A stretch of DNA of 32,172 nt from Thermoproteota archaeon (lineage in GTDB: Archaea > Korarchaeota > Korarchaeia > Korarchaeales > JAOZGB01). The DNA lies in the NCBI GenBank assembly GCA_037917685.1, contig JAVCBU010000019.1:1-32172 (forward strand), read 5' to 3'. Every line of letters starts with the position of its first letter. Within the stretch, counting starts at the first letter, position 1. Of this stretch, positions 6,479 through 15,348 are shown piece after piece. Position numbers and translations under genes: made by a program. The notes below the pieces were generated by a model. It did not search any database, was not told the origin of the DNA, and was given only the letters and a program-made list of their open reading frames with translations.

Positions 6479-7547
6479 AGCCGTACACCTCCAGGATGTT
6501 TAGTCCTAGCTGGTTGAACTGGGGTATGCCCTTTAGCTCGGCTTCTAATAGCTTGTTAGGGAGGTCTGGGTTTTCCTCCTCTATGTGGTAGAAGTATAGG
6601 GTGCCTGGTGCTGCTGCTGTGATTGCTATCTTTGGTAGGTTTGTTCTCTTACTGTATCCTGAGACTGTTTCTATGCCTGTAAGTATGTAGTTTTTACCTG
6701 TGTAGTGTATTGGCTTTGGTTTTACCCGCTTTATTTTTAGGTTTGGTTCGGGGCTTACTGTCAGCTTGTCCTTCGAAGCTGTTATTTTGAATGTTGGTGA
6801 GAGTGCTCTTAGGATTAGGGTTTTTCTCATGTCCTTCAGGGTCTCTTCTATCTCCTTTTTCCTCTTCTCGGTGTAGTCTGGCTCCTCTCTTATCTTTACT
6901 CTTGCTTTTCCAAGCCCTCTCGATGTTCCTCTACCGATTCTAACCGTTATTTCCTCTGCTTCTAGTAGTTGGGATAGTTTGTCCTCGGGGTCTACTATTA
7001 GGCTTTGGAATTTTATCCCGGGTGTTAGGGCTATGTAGCTGTAGAATAGTCCCACTTCTGAAGTTCCCAGTATTCTGTTTATTCCCACTGAGTGGGTGAC
7101 TGTGTGTTTGAGCTGTACGGTTTTCATCTCCGCGCCGGTTTTTATGTAGGGTTTTCCCCCTATGCTTTTGAGGGCTAGGGGGTGGTTGTTTGGGCATTTT
7201 GTCTGGGATGTCCAGCTGTCGAGGTTGAAGGCTGCCATTTTCCTTCTGCTGTCGAGCTGCGGGTCTATGAAGGTGGCTCCGCATATTTTACACTTGTAAG
7301 TTAGGCTGTGGGATGGCTTTGCTAGGACCCCGTCTACCATGGGGTAGGCTGGGTGGAATGTGATGACTGGCTTCTCAGCCTCTCCCCGTACTTTCTCAGG
7401 GTTTTCCGTGTAGGTGCTTCCGAGGATTGCCCCTCTGACTGTGGATCCTGGTAGGTAGGTTCCGGTGTGAGATAGTATGTTTCCCTCGGAGTATGTTGTC
7501 AGTAGTGTGGGGGATTCCAGGGTTATCTCGGCCTTATATACTTTCAT
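6462..7547 (-). CDS. csx10: Type III-D RAMP Csx10 (Cas5 group)
   Basis: YLPGSTVRGA, FHPAYP, CKIC/CP insert, RIGRGTSRGLG and C-terminal PGTLYFY...GLN. Confidence 0.8.
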   Translation of the reverse strand: MKVYKAEITLESPTLLTTYSEGNILSHTGTYLPGSTVRGAILGSTYTENPEKVRGEAEKPVITFHPAYPMVDGVLAKPSHSLTYKCKICGATFIDPQLDSRRKMAAFNLDSWTSQTKCPNNHPLALKSIGGKPYIKTGAEMKTVQLKHTVTHSVGINRILGTSEVGLFYSYIALTPGIKFQSLIVDPEDKLSQLLEAEEITVRIGRGTSRGLGKARVKIREEPDYTEKRKKEIEETLKDMRKTLILRALSPTFKITASKDKLTVSPEPNLKIKRVKPKPIHYTGKNYILTGIETVSGYSKRTNLPKIAITAAAPGTLYFYHIEEENPDLPNKLLEAELKGIPQFNQLGLNILEVYGYELPP

Positions 7548-8190
7548 CTTTTAGCTCACCCCATATTAGGCTTATAACTGGGTCTGATAGTAGGGCGTCG
7601 GGTATGCGGCTTTTCGGATCTATTTTCACGGATATCACGCCCGCCCTTCCTATTCTCTCATAGTTCATCTCGACTATTGCTGCTAGGAGTAGCCTCGCCT
7701 CTTCGAGTGTTAGGTTTTCGGCTTTCAGGTGTACCGTGAACCTATTGCCTATTGGGAGGTAGCTCACTGTGAATAGGGCTCCCTCCTCCGCTGTTCTTGT
7801 TTTGTCGTTTATTTTGACGTGGGTTTGTATTTCGGCTTTCCTTCCGTTTAGGTATGTGTCTTCAACCGTTACCTTGCTTGGCCTCCCGGGCTCTCCGAAG
7901 ATCTGGCTGTCTATTGTCCCCATGATCTTTTCGGGGTGTGGGGAGTGTGAGACGTTTGTGCGGCCGAGTAGCCCCGCAACCTTTATGAGGGAGGTTCTCA
8001 GCACTCCCTTTAGGCTTGAGCCTGGGATTGTTAGTGTTGTCGTTCCGTCGGCGTTCATGGTGTAGTGGAAGGGTATGTCCGACTCTACCTTGGATGAGAG
8101 CCCTCCTATCCCTATGTTCAGCTTTTTCTCAGCTGTCACATGAAGATATAGATCTAGGTTGTACCTTTCCATCTTAGAGACCTCCTCCAA
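7534..8190 (-). CDS. csm3: Type III RAMP, Cas7 group (Csm3-like)
   Basis: LNIGIG, SDIPF, IPGSSLKGVLR, IFGEPG, VKINDKTRTAEEGALF. Shortened G-loop (RIGRAG). Confidence 0.85.
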   Translation of the reverse strand: MEEVSKMERYNLDLYLHVTAEKKLNIGIGGLSSKVESDIPFHYTMNADGTTTLTIPGSSLKGVLRTSLIKVAGLLGRTNVSHSPHPEKIMGTIDSQIFGEPGRPSKVTVEDTYLNGRKAEIQTHVKINDKTRTAEEGALFTVSYLPIGNRFTVHLKAENLTLEEARLLLAAIVEMNYERIGRAGVISVKIDPKSRIPDALLSDPVISLIWGELKDESI

Positions 8191-10795
8191 GTATTTTTAT
8201 TATGTGGTACTGGTCTATGAGGTTGAATCTTAGCTTCTGCTCCCTCTGATCGAGGCATAGTAGGTTTTTCACCATCTCTTTCATGTAAGGCTTCCCTCTC
8301 TCCTCCTGCCTTTTTGCGTGGAGGATTTTTATCCTTATCGAGGTGTCTCCTATGAGTGTTGTGTGCATCACGTCTAGGATGCTGTTCCTCAGATCCCTCA
8401 GCCTTTTCTCGCCTTTTAGGATCCCGATTGTTGTTAACGGCTCTTCCGCCTTGCTGAGGTCTAAGTGTTGGATTATCATCTCTAGGAGCCTGAGTATTGA
8501 GTCCGGGTTTCCCTTAGAGCTTAGCGTGTATGGTTTTTTAAGCTGGCTGCTCATGCCAGAATTGTATTCTATTGTCATTACATGCTCCAGGGAGTCGGGG
8601 GTCATTACTCCACCGTCAGCTGTGTAGAAGGCTATGGCTCCTCTGAATGTGCTGCTTGGCTCGTCAACTCTGCTCTTGTGTATTTCATATGCTTTCTCAC
8701 GGCTTCCCCTCTTCGCTATTTCGTCGAGGAGATAGCCTGCTGAGTCGTATAGTGGTATGATTGGGTGTTTTGGCTTCCCAACGGCTATTCCGAAGCTTAG
8801 GGTTGACTTGTACCCCATCTGCCTGTAGTAGTTGGATGCCATGTGAAGTGCGAACTGGACTGTTAGGTATGAGGGTAGTATTACTGTTCCATCGTCTCCA
8901 CCCATGTACATCATGCCGAGGACTGTCCTCCTCCAGTCTTCTATGCTTATATTTTTGAGCTGGGTGAGGAAGCTTCTGAAGGCTTCCTTAATGCTTCTAT
9001 CCACTCTTATGGACCTTTCAACCATGTCTGTTATCGAGGTGCTTGAGGCTATAAGCTGGGACATCATGTTTCCGTCGAACCTAACAACAGCCATGGCGGG
9101 GTACTCTGAGACCTCTCCAAGCCGATCCCTTTCGACGCCTGCGATGTACTCGAGCATCTTCTCCCCGAGTCTGTCGCTCCATTCTAGGCCTATGTACCTG
9201 CATTTCCACTTGAAGTGGTAGTTGTAGCCTACATTCTTCTTCCACAGGCATTTCTCGCAGACCTGTTCCTCCTGCTGGGAGGCGTACTCTGACTGGCACC
9301 ACTTGCACTTCATGTATATGTTGGGGGATAGCTTACCCCAGCCTGAGGTGAACTTTGAGATTGAGATCTCCTTGTCTATCGTGGTGTTTACCTTGAAGAT
9401 TGTGTCGTATATGGGTGAGGATCCGTAGTTCAGCCTGATGTCTAGCTCTTTAGCCGCTGTTTCCACCACCCCGTCTAGTACGGTGTTGGAGATTTGGGAT
9501 GGTAGTATTAGTGTTATGTTTCCGCCGCCGTAGGATATGACTGTTTCGGCTGGTAGTCTGAACTTCTCGGTTAGCATGGAGGGTATGGACACGTAGACTG
9601 CTAGATCTACTATTCTGCTGCCTCCTACGAGTGCTGGGAGCTTATTGCTTCTTATAAACCTCTGTATCCCCGCGACGTCGAGCCTGGAAATCCTCAGCTT
9701 TTCAGTTACCCTTCTCCCTTCGGTGGTGAATATTGGGTTATCAAGCCCCATGCTGGACATGTTTCTGCAGTAGTCTTCTGTTAGCCTGAGGGTCATTTCG
9801 AAGCCGAGTGCTTCCCAGAAGTCCCAACCCCATAGGGCCTCTTCTCTCCCTACACCCTTCTCCCTACAGTACTCCTCCAGTTTCCCCTCAAACTCAGACC
9901 TCAGGCTTTGGGAGAGAGCTTTAGGGAATAGTGTTTGAACCCTGTCTATGTTGCTTGCTATTTTATCAGCCTCTCTAACCATCCTTCTCAGCTCCTCATA
10001 GCCCTCTATCTTCTCTCCTGAGATAAGTTTCGCAGCTTTGTCCACTATTTCCTCCGCCTCGCCCTCTATGAAGTCTTTAAATATGTTGTACAGGGTTTCG
10101 GCTGAGACCTTGTGGTGCTCGTGCCACCTCCTGATGTTGAACTTTCCTATGTCATGGAATATTGAGAGCAGTCTTAAAACCGCTATCTTCAGCTGCGTCT
10201 CAGGGTTCCCCATGAAGCTTGCAAGATTATCTTGCGGATTGTAGTTTTCCTCTATGAAGATGCAGGACGATATTGCGGAGACGAGGAGTAGATGTAGAAG
10301 TAGAGATGAAGTGTTTGAACCCGGCCTCGTGTCAGCCGGGAACATTAGGCATTCGAAAAGCCTGTTCCTAACATTGTCTGCGAACAGTCTGTTTGAAGGT
10401 GCCTCGGGGATTAACTTTATAACATCCTCGCTTTGGATGTATCGCTTCAGGCCTTCACGCGTATATGGCGGCTCGAGCACGTCCGGGATCCTAACTCTGG
10501 GCTTTGAATAGTAGTATAGTGCGAGTTGTGGTGACAAGACTACGCCGGGGACAGGGTCGAAGTATAGGAGCCCTTTAAGGTAGAATACTAGTGCGTCTAT
10601 GTATGCGTTTAGACCTTGGGCGTCGCCTATTCTATCTTTACCCCCGTTGGTGTAGTCTTCAAGAAGCCTTCTCATCATTCCCACCAGATCTCTAAGCATG
10701 TTCTCTCCTTCCTCTGCATCTACGATCTTGTAGTAGGCTGGTCTCCCGTTAGCCCCTGGGATTGGGATTATGAAGCCCTTAGCTACCCTCTCCAC
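8174..10795 (-). CDS. cas10: Cas10 with HD nuclease and intact Palm cyclase motif
   Basis: PADTRPG, SSLLLH, FHDIGK, EADKIAS, DVAGIQRFI, CKWC/CEKC, FDGNMM and YMGGDD. Confidence 0.95.
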   Translation of the reverse strand: MERVAKGFIIPIPGANGRPAYYKIVDAEEGENMLRDLVGMMRRLLEDYTNGGKDRIGDAQGLNAYIDALVFYLKGLLYFDPVPGVVLSPQLALYYYSKPRVRIPDVLEPPYTREGLKRYIQSEDVIKLIPEAPSNRLFADNVRNRLFECLMFPADTRPGSNTSSLLLHLLLVSAISSCIFIEENYNPQDNLASFMGNPETQLKIAVLRLLSIFHDIGKFNIRRWHEHHKVSAETLYNIFKDFIEGEAEEIVDKAAKLISGEKIEGYEELRRMVREADKIASNIDRVQTLFPKALSQSLRSEFEGKLEEYCREKGVGREEALWGWDFWEALGFEMTLRLTEDYCRNMSSMGLDNPIFTTEGRRVTEKLRISRLDVAGIQRFIRSNKLPALVGGSRIVDLAVYVSIPSMLTEKFRLPAETVISYGGGNITLILPSQISNTVLDGVVETAAKELDIRLNYGSSPIYDTIFKVNTTIDKEISISKFTSGWGKLSPNIYMKCKWCQSEYASQQEEQVCEKCLWKKNVGYNYHFKWKCRYIGLEWSDRLGEKMLEYIAGVERDRLGEVSEYPAMAVVRFDGNMMSQLIASSTSITDMVERSIRVDRSIKEAFRSFLTQLKNISIEDWRRTVLGMMYMGGDDGTVILPSYLTVQFALHMASNYYRQMGYKSTLSFGIAVGKPKHPIIPLYDSAGYLLDEIAKRGSREKAYEIHKSRVDEPSSTFRGAIAFYTADGGVMTPDSLEHVMTIEYNSGMSSQLKKPYTLSSKGNPDSILRLLEMIIQHLDLSKAEEPLTTIGILKGEKRLRDLRNSILDVMHTTLIGDTSIRIKILHAKRQEERGKPYMKEMVKNLLCLDQREQKLRFNLIDQYHIIKILGGGL

Positions 10796-11111
10796 GGTTC
10801 AACACCTCTTTTAACCTTAAACCTCCAAATTTGGGTAGCGAGTCATGGGCGTAGTAGTTGTCTATAAGCTTGTTAACCTGCTTGGTGGTGAGAGGTACGA
10901 TTCTGTACTGACCGTCCTCCATGAGCCATGCCAGCCCGCTCTCACCGCTGATAGCATAGCCTAAGACTCCAAGATCTTCAGGCAGGCTATTTTCTTCTAG
11001 GTCTACGAGCTCGGTGGCCATGTCCTCGCGTACTACCATTATTAAGGGATACTTTTCCTCCATGATCTTCTTTTTTAGATCTTCAAGGCTTCCCATCATT
11101 TCTCTACACAC
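10779..11111 (-). CDS. Small type III-D subunit (Csx19-like by position and size)
   Basis: 110 aa, between a RAMP and cas10 and overlapping both. No diagnostic motif recognised. Confidence 0.55.
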   Translation of the reverse strand: MCREMMGSLEDLKKKIMEEKYPLIMVVREDMATELVDLEENSLPEDLGVLGYAISGESGLAWLMEDGQYRIVPLTTKQVNKLIDNYYAHDSLPKFGGLRLKEVLNRGEGS

Positions 11112-12057
11112 CCGGCTGGCCTATCGAGCTCCAGAGCCCGCTCTTCACGAGTGTATCCCTGGCTTTTGCTGTCAGCTGGCTGACCCCTATCCCCCCCAGC
11201 ATTTTTGTAAGGTGTTCTTCGAACCCTATTAGCTTGAATTTTAGAGGTCCAAGCACGTATCTACCCTTGTATTTAGTGTTCCCTATGGATGGTTGGAACC
11301 TGTATTTATACATTCCAAGGAGTATAGGCTTCCCATGTATTATCCCAAGTCCTAAGAGGAGTAGGCCAAGGTCTAGGTAGGACATGTTTACCCCGGAGAT
11401 GCTGAGGGTGAACCTTGAGCCTGGTACTGCTGCCTCAACCTCAAGGTCTTCAAGTCTTACCACGTCTCCCTCCGTCATCGCCGCGTCGGAGAAATAGACC
11501 CTTGATCCTAGGTTGGGGTTGCCGAAGAGGTCGCAGACGTAGCAGGCGGCGGCACCCCTACATTGATCCCTCACGTAGGTGGCATCCTTCCCCCACATTG
11601 CCTCGTGCCCCTTAGATGGCTGGACTGCTGGTGAGGGATCCTGAATTATGTAGCATGAGAACGAATGCAGACGTCCACCCATCTCGAAGGGCTTAAGCAA
11701 GTGCTCTATCCTTGAGCGTATCGCCCCCTTCAACGAGGAGCCTGGGATGAAATACGTTCCATCCACGTATCTCGGGAACTCTCCCCTTAGACGCTCATAA
11801 GCCAGAATCTCCCTAACCCTCTCTATGAGTTCCTCCTCTCTAATCTCCCCCTTAAGGTAGCTCTCAGCTATGTTTACGGCTTTTAAACGTACTTCCCCGA
11901 TATTAAGTATTGTTGTTGCGGAGGCTGTTGCTAGATAGCTATCCGCGGGGATGGAGGCCTCCAGTTCTAAGATAATGTTAAACCTATCCGGGAGTGTTCC
12001 ATCTCTCGGCGTCGGCCTCCTTCTTATAACCCTTACCGGCTCTCTTAACATATTCAT
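11104..12057 (-). CDS. cas7: Type III RAMP, Cas7 group with insertion
   Basis: FIPGSSLKGAIRSRIE, ACYVCDLFG, SRVYFSDA. Helical insertion near the N-terminus. Confidence 0.85.
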   Translation of the reverse strand: MNMLREPVRVIRRRPTPRDGTLPDRFNIILELEASIPADSYLATASATTILNIGEVRLKAVNIAESYLKGEIREEELIERVREILAYERLRGEFPRYVDGTYFIPGSSLKGAIRSRIEHLLKPFEMGGRLHSFSCYIIQDPSPAVQPSKGHEAMWGKDATYVRDQCRGAAACYVCDLFGNPNLGSRVYFSDAAMTEGDVVRLEDLEVEAAVPGSRFTLSISGVNMSYLDLGLLLLGLGIIHGKPILLGMYKYRFQPSIGNTKYKGRYVLGPLKFKLIGFEEHLTKMLGGIGVSQLTAKARDTLVKSGLWSSIGQPGV

Positions 12058-12886
12058 CCCACGCTTTAATACTATTCTTCAAAAGCTCCCCGGCTGTACC
12101 CCCTACCGGGATCTCTGTATCATACTTGTCGAGCGGTTCAAGTTTACTGATCTCTGATAGAGTTACAGGACCCTCATCACTGTAGATGATTCCAGAAACA
12201 CCTTCGGCATGGATTTCAACGGTTCCAAAGCCCCTTGACTTGAATCCCCCTATTTTAACGAGCCCGACGTTTATAAGCCTTAAAACAGTGGAGAAAAGGC
12301 CAAGCCCATAGTTTGGTATATTCTTAAAGGTTACTGTTCCCTTGAACACGCATCCAGGCTCAACATACTCAACCGTGTACAATGCCCCCCTCCTCACCTT
12401 TCCACTCCTTCTATCTATGGCTATACCTGTCTTTACCCCTCTAGCGATTCTACTTGGATCCTCAGGGTATGCCTCTCCGAGAAAGATGTGTGACAGGTAT
12501 CCTGCCGACCCATATAGCTTGCATATGAGGCAGTAATTTCTCAGAACACCTTCGATCTGGCTTACATTTCCACCCTTAACAGCTATTTTAAGTTGGTTGG
12601 AGTATAACTGTTTGCATTCCTCTCCAGCCTGGCATATGTTCTTAATGTTGGAGGAGCGTGCAACAAACTCTGATGCCGACCTAAAGACTCCCTTAAGGCT
12701 GCTACCAGGAATGTAGGGTGTATCAGTCCCGCCGTAGTTTATAGTGATAACAGGCAGGTCTATCGGTGATGTGGGGCTTACACCCTTTCTAGAGCCTATT
12801 CTTAAAGGGCTCTTGAGAGTATAGGATAGTTCAAACTGGAGCTCCCTAAATATTCTAAGATGAGAGTACCATGGCACATTCAACAT
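11984..12886 (-). CDS. csm3: Csm3 (Cas7) backbone RAMP
   Basis: SPLRIG, IDLPV (catalytic Asp position), YIPGSSLKGVFR, CLICKLYG, IGGFKSRGFG. Confidence 0.92.
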   Translation of the reverse strand: MLNVPWYSHLRIFRELQFELSYTLKSPLRIGSRKGVSPTSPIDLPVITINYGGTDTPYIPGSSLKGVFRSASEFVARSSNIKNICQAGEECKQLYSNQLKIAVKGGNVSQIEGVLRNYCLICKLYGSAGYLSHIFLGEAYPEDPSRIARGVKTGIAIDRRSGKVRRGALYTVEYVEPGCVFKGTVTFKNIPNYGLGLFSTVLRLINVGLVKIGGFKSRGFGTVEIHAEGVSGIIYSDEGPVTLSEISKLEPLDKYDTEIPVGGTAGELLKNSIKAWDEYVKRAGKGYKKEADAERWNTPG

Positions 12887-13623
12887 TTACCCCCTCCCAC
12901 AATCTTGGGTATTAGCTCCTTAACGCTTGAAGTTGAAATTTCACCGTCCTTAAACTCCTCCTTCACTATATCCGCAATCTTAAGCTTTACGAAGCCAAAC
13001 CCTATGCTTCTCCCACCGCCCACCTGGATTCGGCCCTCTGAAAGGAGTCTGAGAATGTATCTAAGTATCCTTGCCCTAACACAATCCTCTTCTAGGTTTA
13101 TGCCTTCAACTCGCATCTTAAACGAGAATTCGTGGCCTGGAACCACATATTCGATATCGAAGAGTTTTTCGTGGTGATGTCCTCCTGTAACCCTGTTTAT
13201 CGCAACCCTAGTTCTCGTCTCTGAAACCTTCTCTGGAGGCCTCCCGGAAAGCCTTGCATCCATAAATGTCACATGTGAAGCTATGGTCGGCCCCCCGAAA
13301 ATCCGGCATATAACGCAAGGCTCACACTCATCTTCACCTTTTCTCTCCTGCCACGTAAGCTCCCCTTCATCACCTTTTGGATCTAGGATGTCGCATACAC
13401 GCTCTCCAAGCGACCTGGCGTACCTCTCAGCTTCCGACCTCAACACCCCTTTAAGTGTGCTACCAGGAATTAATGGTAAGCCACTTTCATCCCTTACTAT
13501 AGGGTTGTCTAGGGTTCCCATGGGACTATTTCTCCCTGAGCCCACAGCTAGGGGTGTTATGTTCATTAGAGTTCCCTTAATCTCATAAACCGTTAACGGC
13601 TTGTCAAAGTCTCCACAGGACAT
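12880..13623 (-). CDS. csm3: Csm3 (Cas7) backbone RAMP
   Basis: TPLAVGSG, LDNPIVRD, IPGSTLKGVLR, CVICRIFG, VGGGRSIGFG. Confidence 0.92.
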   Translation of the reverse strand: MSCGDFDKPLTVYEIKGTLMNITPLAVGSGRNSPMGTLDNPIVRDESGLPLIPGSTLKGVLRSEAERYARSLGERVCDILDPKGDEGELTWQERKGEDECEPCVICRIFGGPTIASHVTFMDARLSGRPPEKVSETRTRVAINRVTGGHHHEKLFDIEYVVPGHEFSFKMRVEGINLEEDCVRARILRYILRLLSEGRIQVGGGRSIGFGFVKLKIADIVKEEFKDGEISTSSVKELIPKIVGGGKC

Positions 13624-13627
13624 TCCA

Positions 13628-14023
13628 TCACCTAGTTAAGCCTGTTATGAACGAATCGATAAGCTGTTTGAAGCTTCTTACATCCCGCGGAACTCTTAAT
13701 TTGCTATCGTAGATCCATTTTAAGATAGTTAGGTACTTCATAACGGCCGCCCTCAATTCCTCTGGATTTTGGGAAAACCTTTCATGGATATTTCTAAGCG
13801 ATCGCATCATCTTCACACCCACCTGCCTTTCTATCCCTCCTCTACCTATCTGCCTTGCAATATACATCAGTAGCAGCCTTAGGGCGTCGTTAGGGTTGCT
13901 CTCCCCCTGAAACACCGACAGCAGGTTGTTCATGGTAGTTTTATGGATATCAGTGATATTCACGCTGTCAGCTGCTGCTATATCATAGATTTCCTCCTCC
14001 ATAAACTTCCTGAACTCCGACAT
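13628..14023 (-). CDS. csm2: Type III small subunit Csm2 (Cas11)
   Basis: 131-aa all-helical protein (LLLMYIARQIGRG...YLTILKWIYD), first gene of the RAMP operon. Confidence 0.75.
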   Translation of the reverse strand: MSEFRKFMEEEIYDIAAADSVNITDIHKTTMNNLLSVFQGESNPNDALRLLLMYIARQIGRGGIERQVGVKMMRSLRNIHERFSQNPEELRAAVMKYLTILKWIYDSKLRVPRDVRSFKQLIDSFITGLTR

Positions 14024-14043
14024 TTCAAGGCAGTTCGACTTCT

Positions 14044-14056
14044 ATATTTATTTAAC
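14044..14056 (-). promoter_or_regulatory. Putative TATA box of the type III operon
   Basis: TTAAATAAATAT on minus, about 25-30 bp upstream of the csm2 ATG (leaderless-type spacing). Confidence 0.5.
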
Positions 14057-14123
14057 TGTTTCCTCAAATTTTTCTCTTTTAAGGCTAAAAAATGGGAATT
14101 ATTGGGATAAACGTGGAGGTATG

Positions 14124-15347
14124 TTAAGGTTTTGGGATCATGGTTGCTCTTTCATCCTTTGAAAGTATATATGTAGCTATGGCCGAGTGTAGTGTTGTCC
14201 CTCCGTAAATGTATACTAGGGGATAGCTTCTAGCTCTTTGGAGTATGTATTTTATGGTTTCTTTAATCCTTATCCTGTCAGTTCCAGATGAGAGTATTAT
14301 CTTTCTAGCTCCTCCAGTCTCCTTACTGTATTTCAAGGCTATATACGTAGAGAGTAGTGATAAAGGTGTTGCTACTAAGATTAACTCTCTTATGCTCACA
14401 TCTTTCTCTTCAAGCTTGGATGTTATGGCTGTTAAGTCTAGGGGGCTGGTCTGCTCCGTGCTCTCTATTGCCAAGATGATTTCACCAGGTGGGACATGCT
14501 TCTCGATATCTTGAAGTATTTTTACGAGTTTAGCGAATACTCTCCCGAAAGTTTTGTCTCCTATAGTGGTTATGCCACATCTGCACTCGCCAATTTTAGC
14601 TGTGTACGTTGGCTCACCACCCTCACTCCTCTCTAATTCTAACTCTATGTGCCCGTTCACGTTCAGATGTAAGAGTGTAAGCAGGTTTATGCTTTCTTCC
14701 CTGAGTTTGTCAACTTCACAGTCTTTAACCTTCCATATTGTTGTGGTTAGTCCTCCTCCGTATACTGTTGGTGGGATCTGGGTTGCAACGAGCATGCTTG
14801 AGGCCAAGGCTGCGAGGCTTCCATGTTTCTCACTGTCCTGCTGCTTGTACTCCTCTGGAATGTTTATGCCTAGGTGTGGTGCTATGTCTTGCATGAAGTT
14901 GTACTGTGCTACTACGAATTTCTGGCTCATTCCGAACCTATGGATCCCAGTGGTCAGTGCGTGGAAGGTTAGGGGGGTGACATGGATTGTTTCAGCCGGC
15001 CTTTCTGTCAGTTTTCCAGATTTTAGGGCTTTATGGATATAGGGGCTTTCGTATCCCTGCCTATATGTGGTTTTTACTTCGTCTACGCTGAGACTGAAGA
15101 GTGGGTTGGCATTAATGTATTCTATTGTTTCGGGGATCCTGGCTCCCCTTTCTCTGTCCCTTAAGTCGACTGTTATGTTCTTCGTGATGCTCCCCGTTTT
15201 GGGGTCTATTTTTAGGTTTAGTAGTAGTTCAATGGTTCTTTGCTGGTGGAGTGTTGTCCACAGTAGGTTTGTGGTGAGTTTTACCCATTCATCTATGTCT
15301 TCTGGCTCTGTTAGGCTGTATGTTAGTTCTACAGCCTCCTGTTTCAT
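14124..15347 (-). CDS. Uncharacterised protein with a C-terminal CARF-like domain
   Basis: IILAIESTEQTSP...RELILVATPLS...LVYIYGGTTLHSA fits the CARF beta1 / llxT / (T)GG pattern. The N-terminal ~280 aa are unrecognised. Confidence 0.55.
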   Translation of the reverse strand: MKQEAVELTYSLTEPEDIDEWVKLTTNLLWTTLHQQRTIELLLNLKIDPKTGSITKNITVDLRDRERGARIPETIEYINANPLFSLSVDEVKTTYRQGYESPYIHKALKSGKLTERPAETIHVTPLTFHALTTGIHRFGMSQKFVVAQYNFMQDIAPHLGINIPEEYKQQDSEKHGSLAALASSMLVATQIPPTVYGGGLTTTIWKVKDCEVDKLREESINLLTLLHLNVNGHIELELERSEGGEPTYTAKIGECRCGITTIGDKTFGRVFAKLVKILQDIEKHVPPGEIILAIESTEQTSPLDLTAITSKLEEKDVSIRELILVATPLSLLSTYIALKYSKETGGARKIILSSGTDRIRIKETIKYILQRARSYPLVYIYGGTTLHSAIATYILSKDERATMIPKP

Positions 15348-15348
15348 T

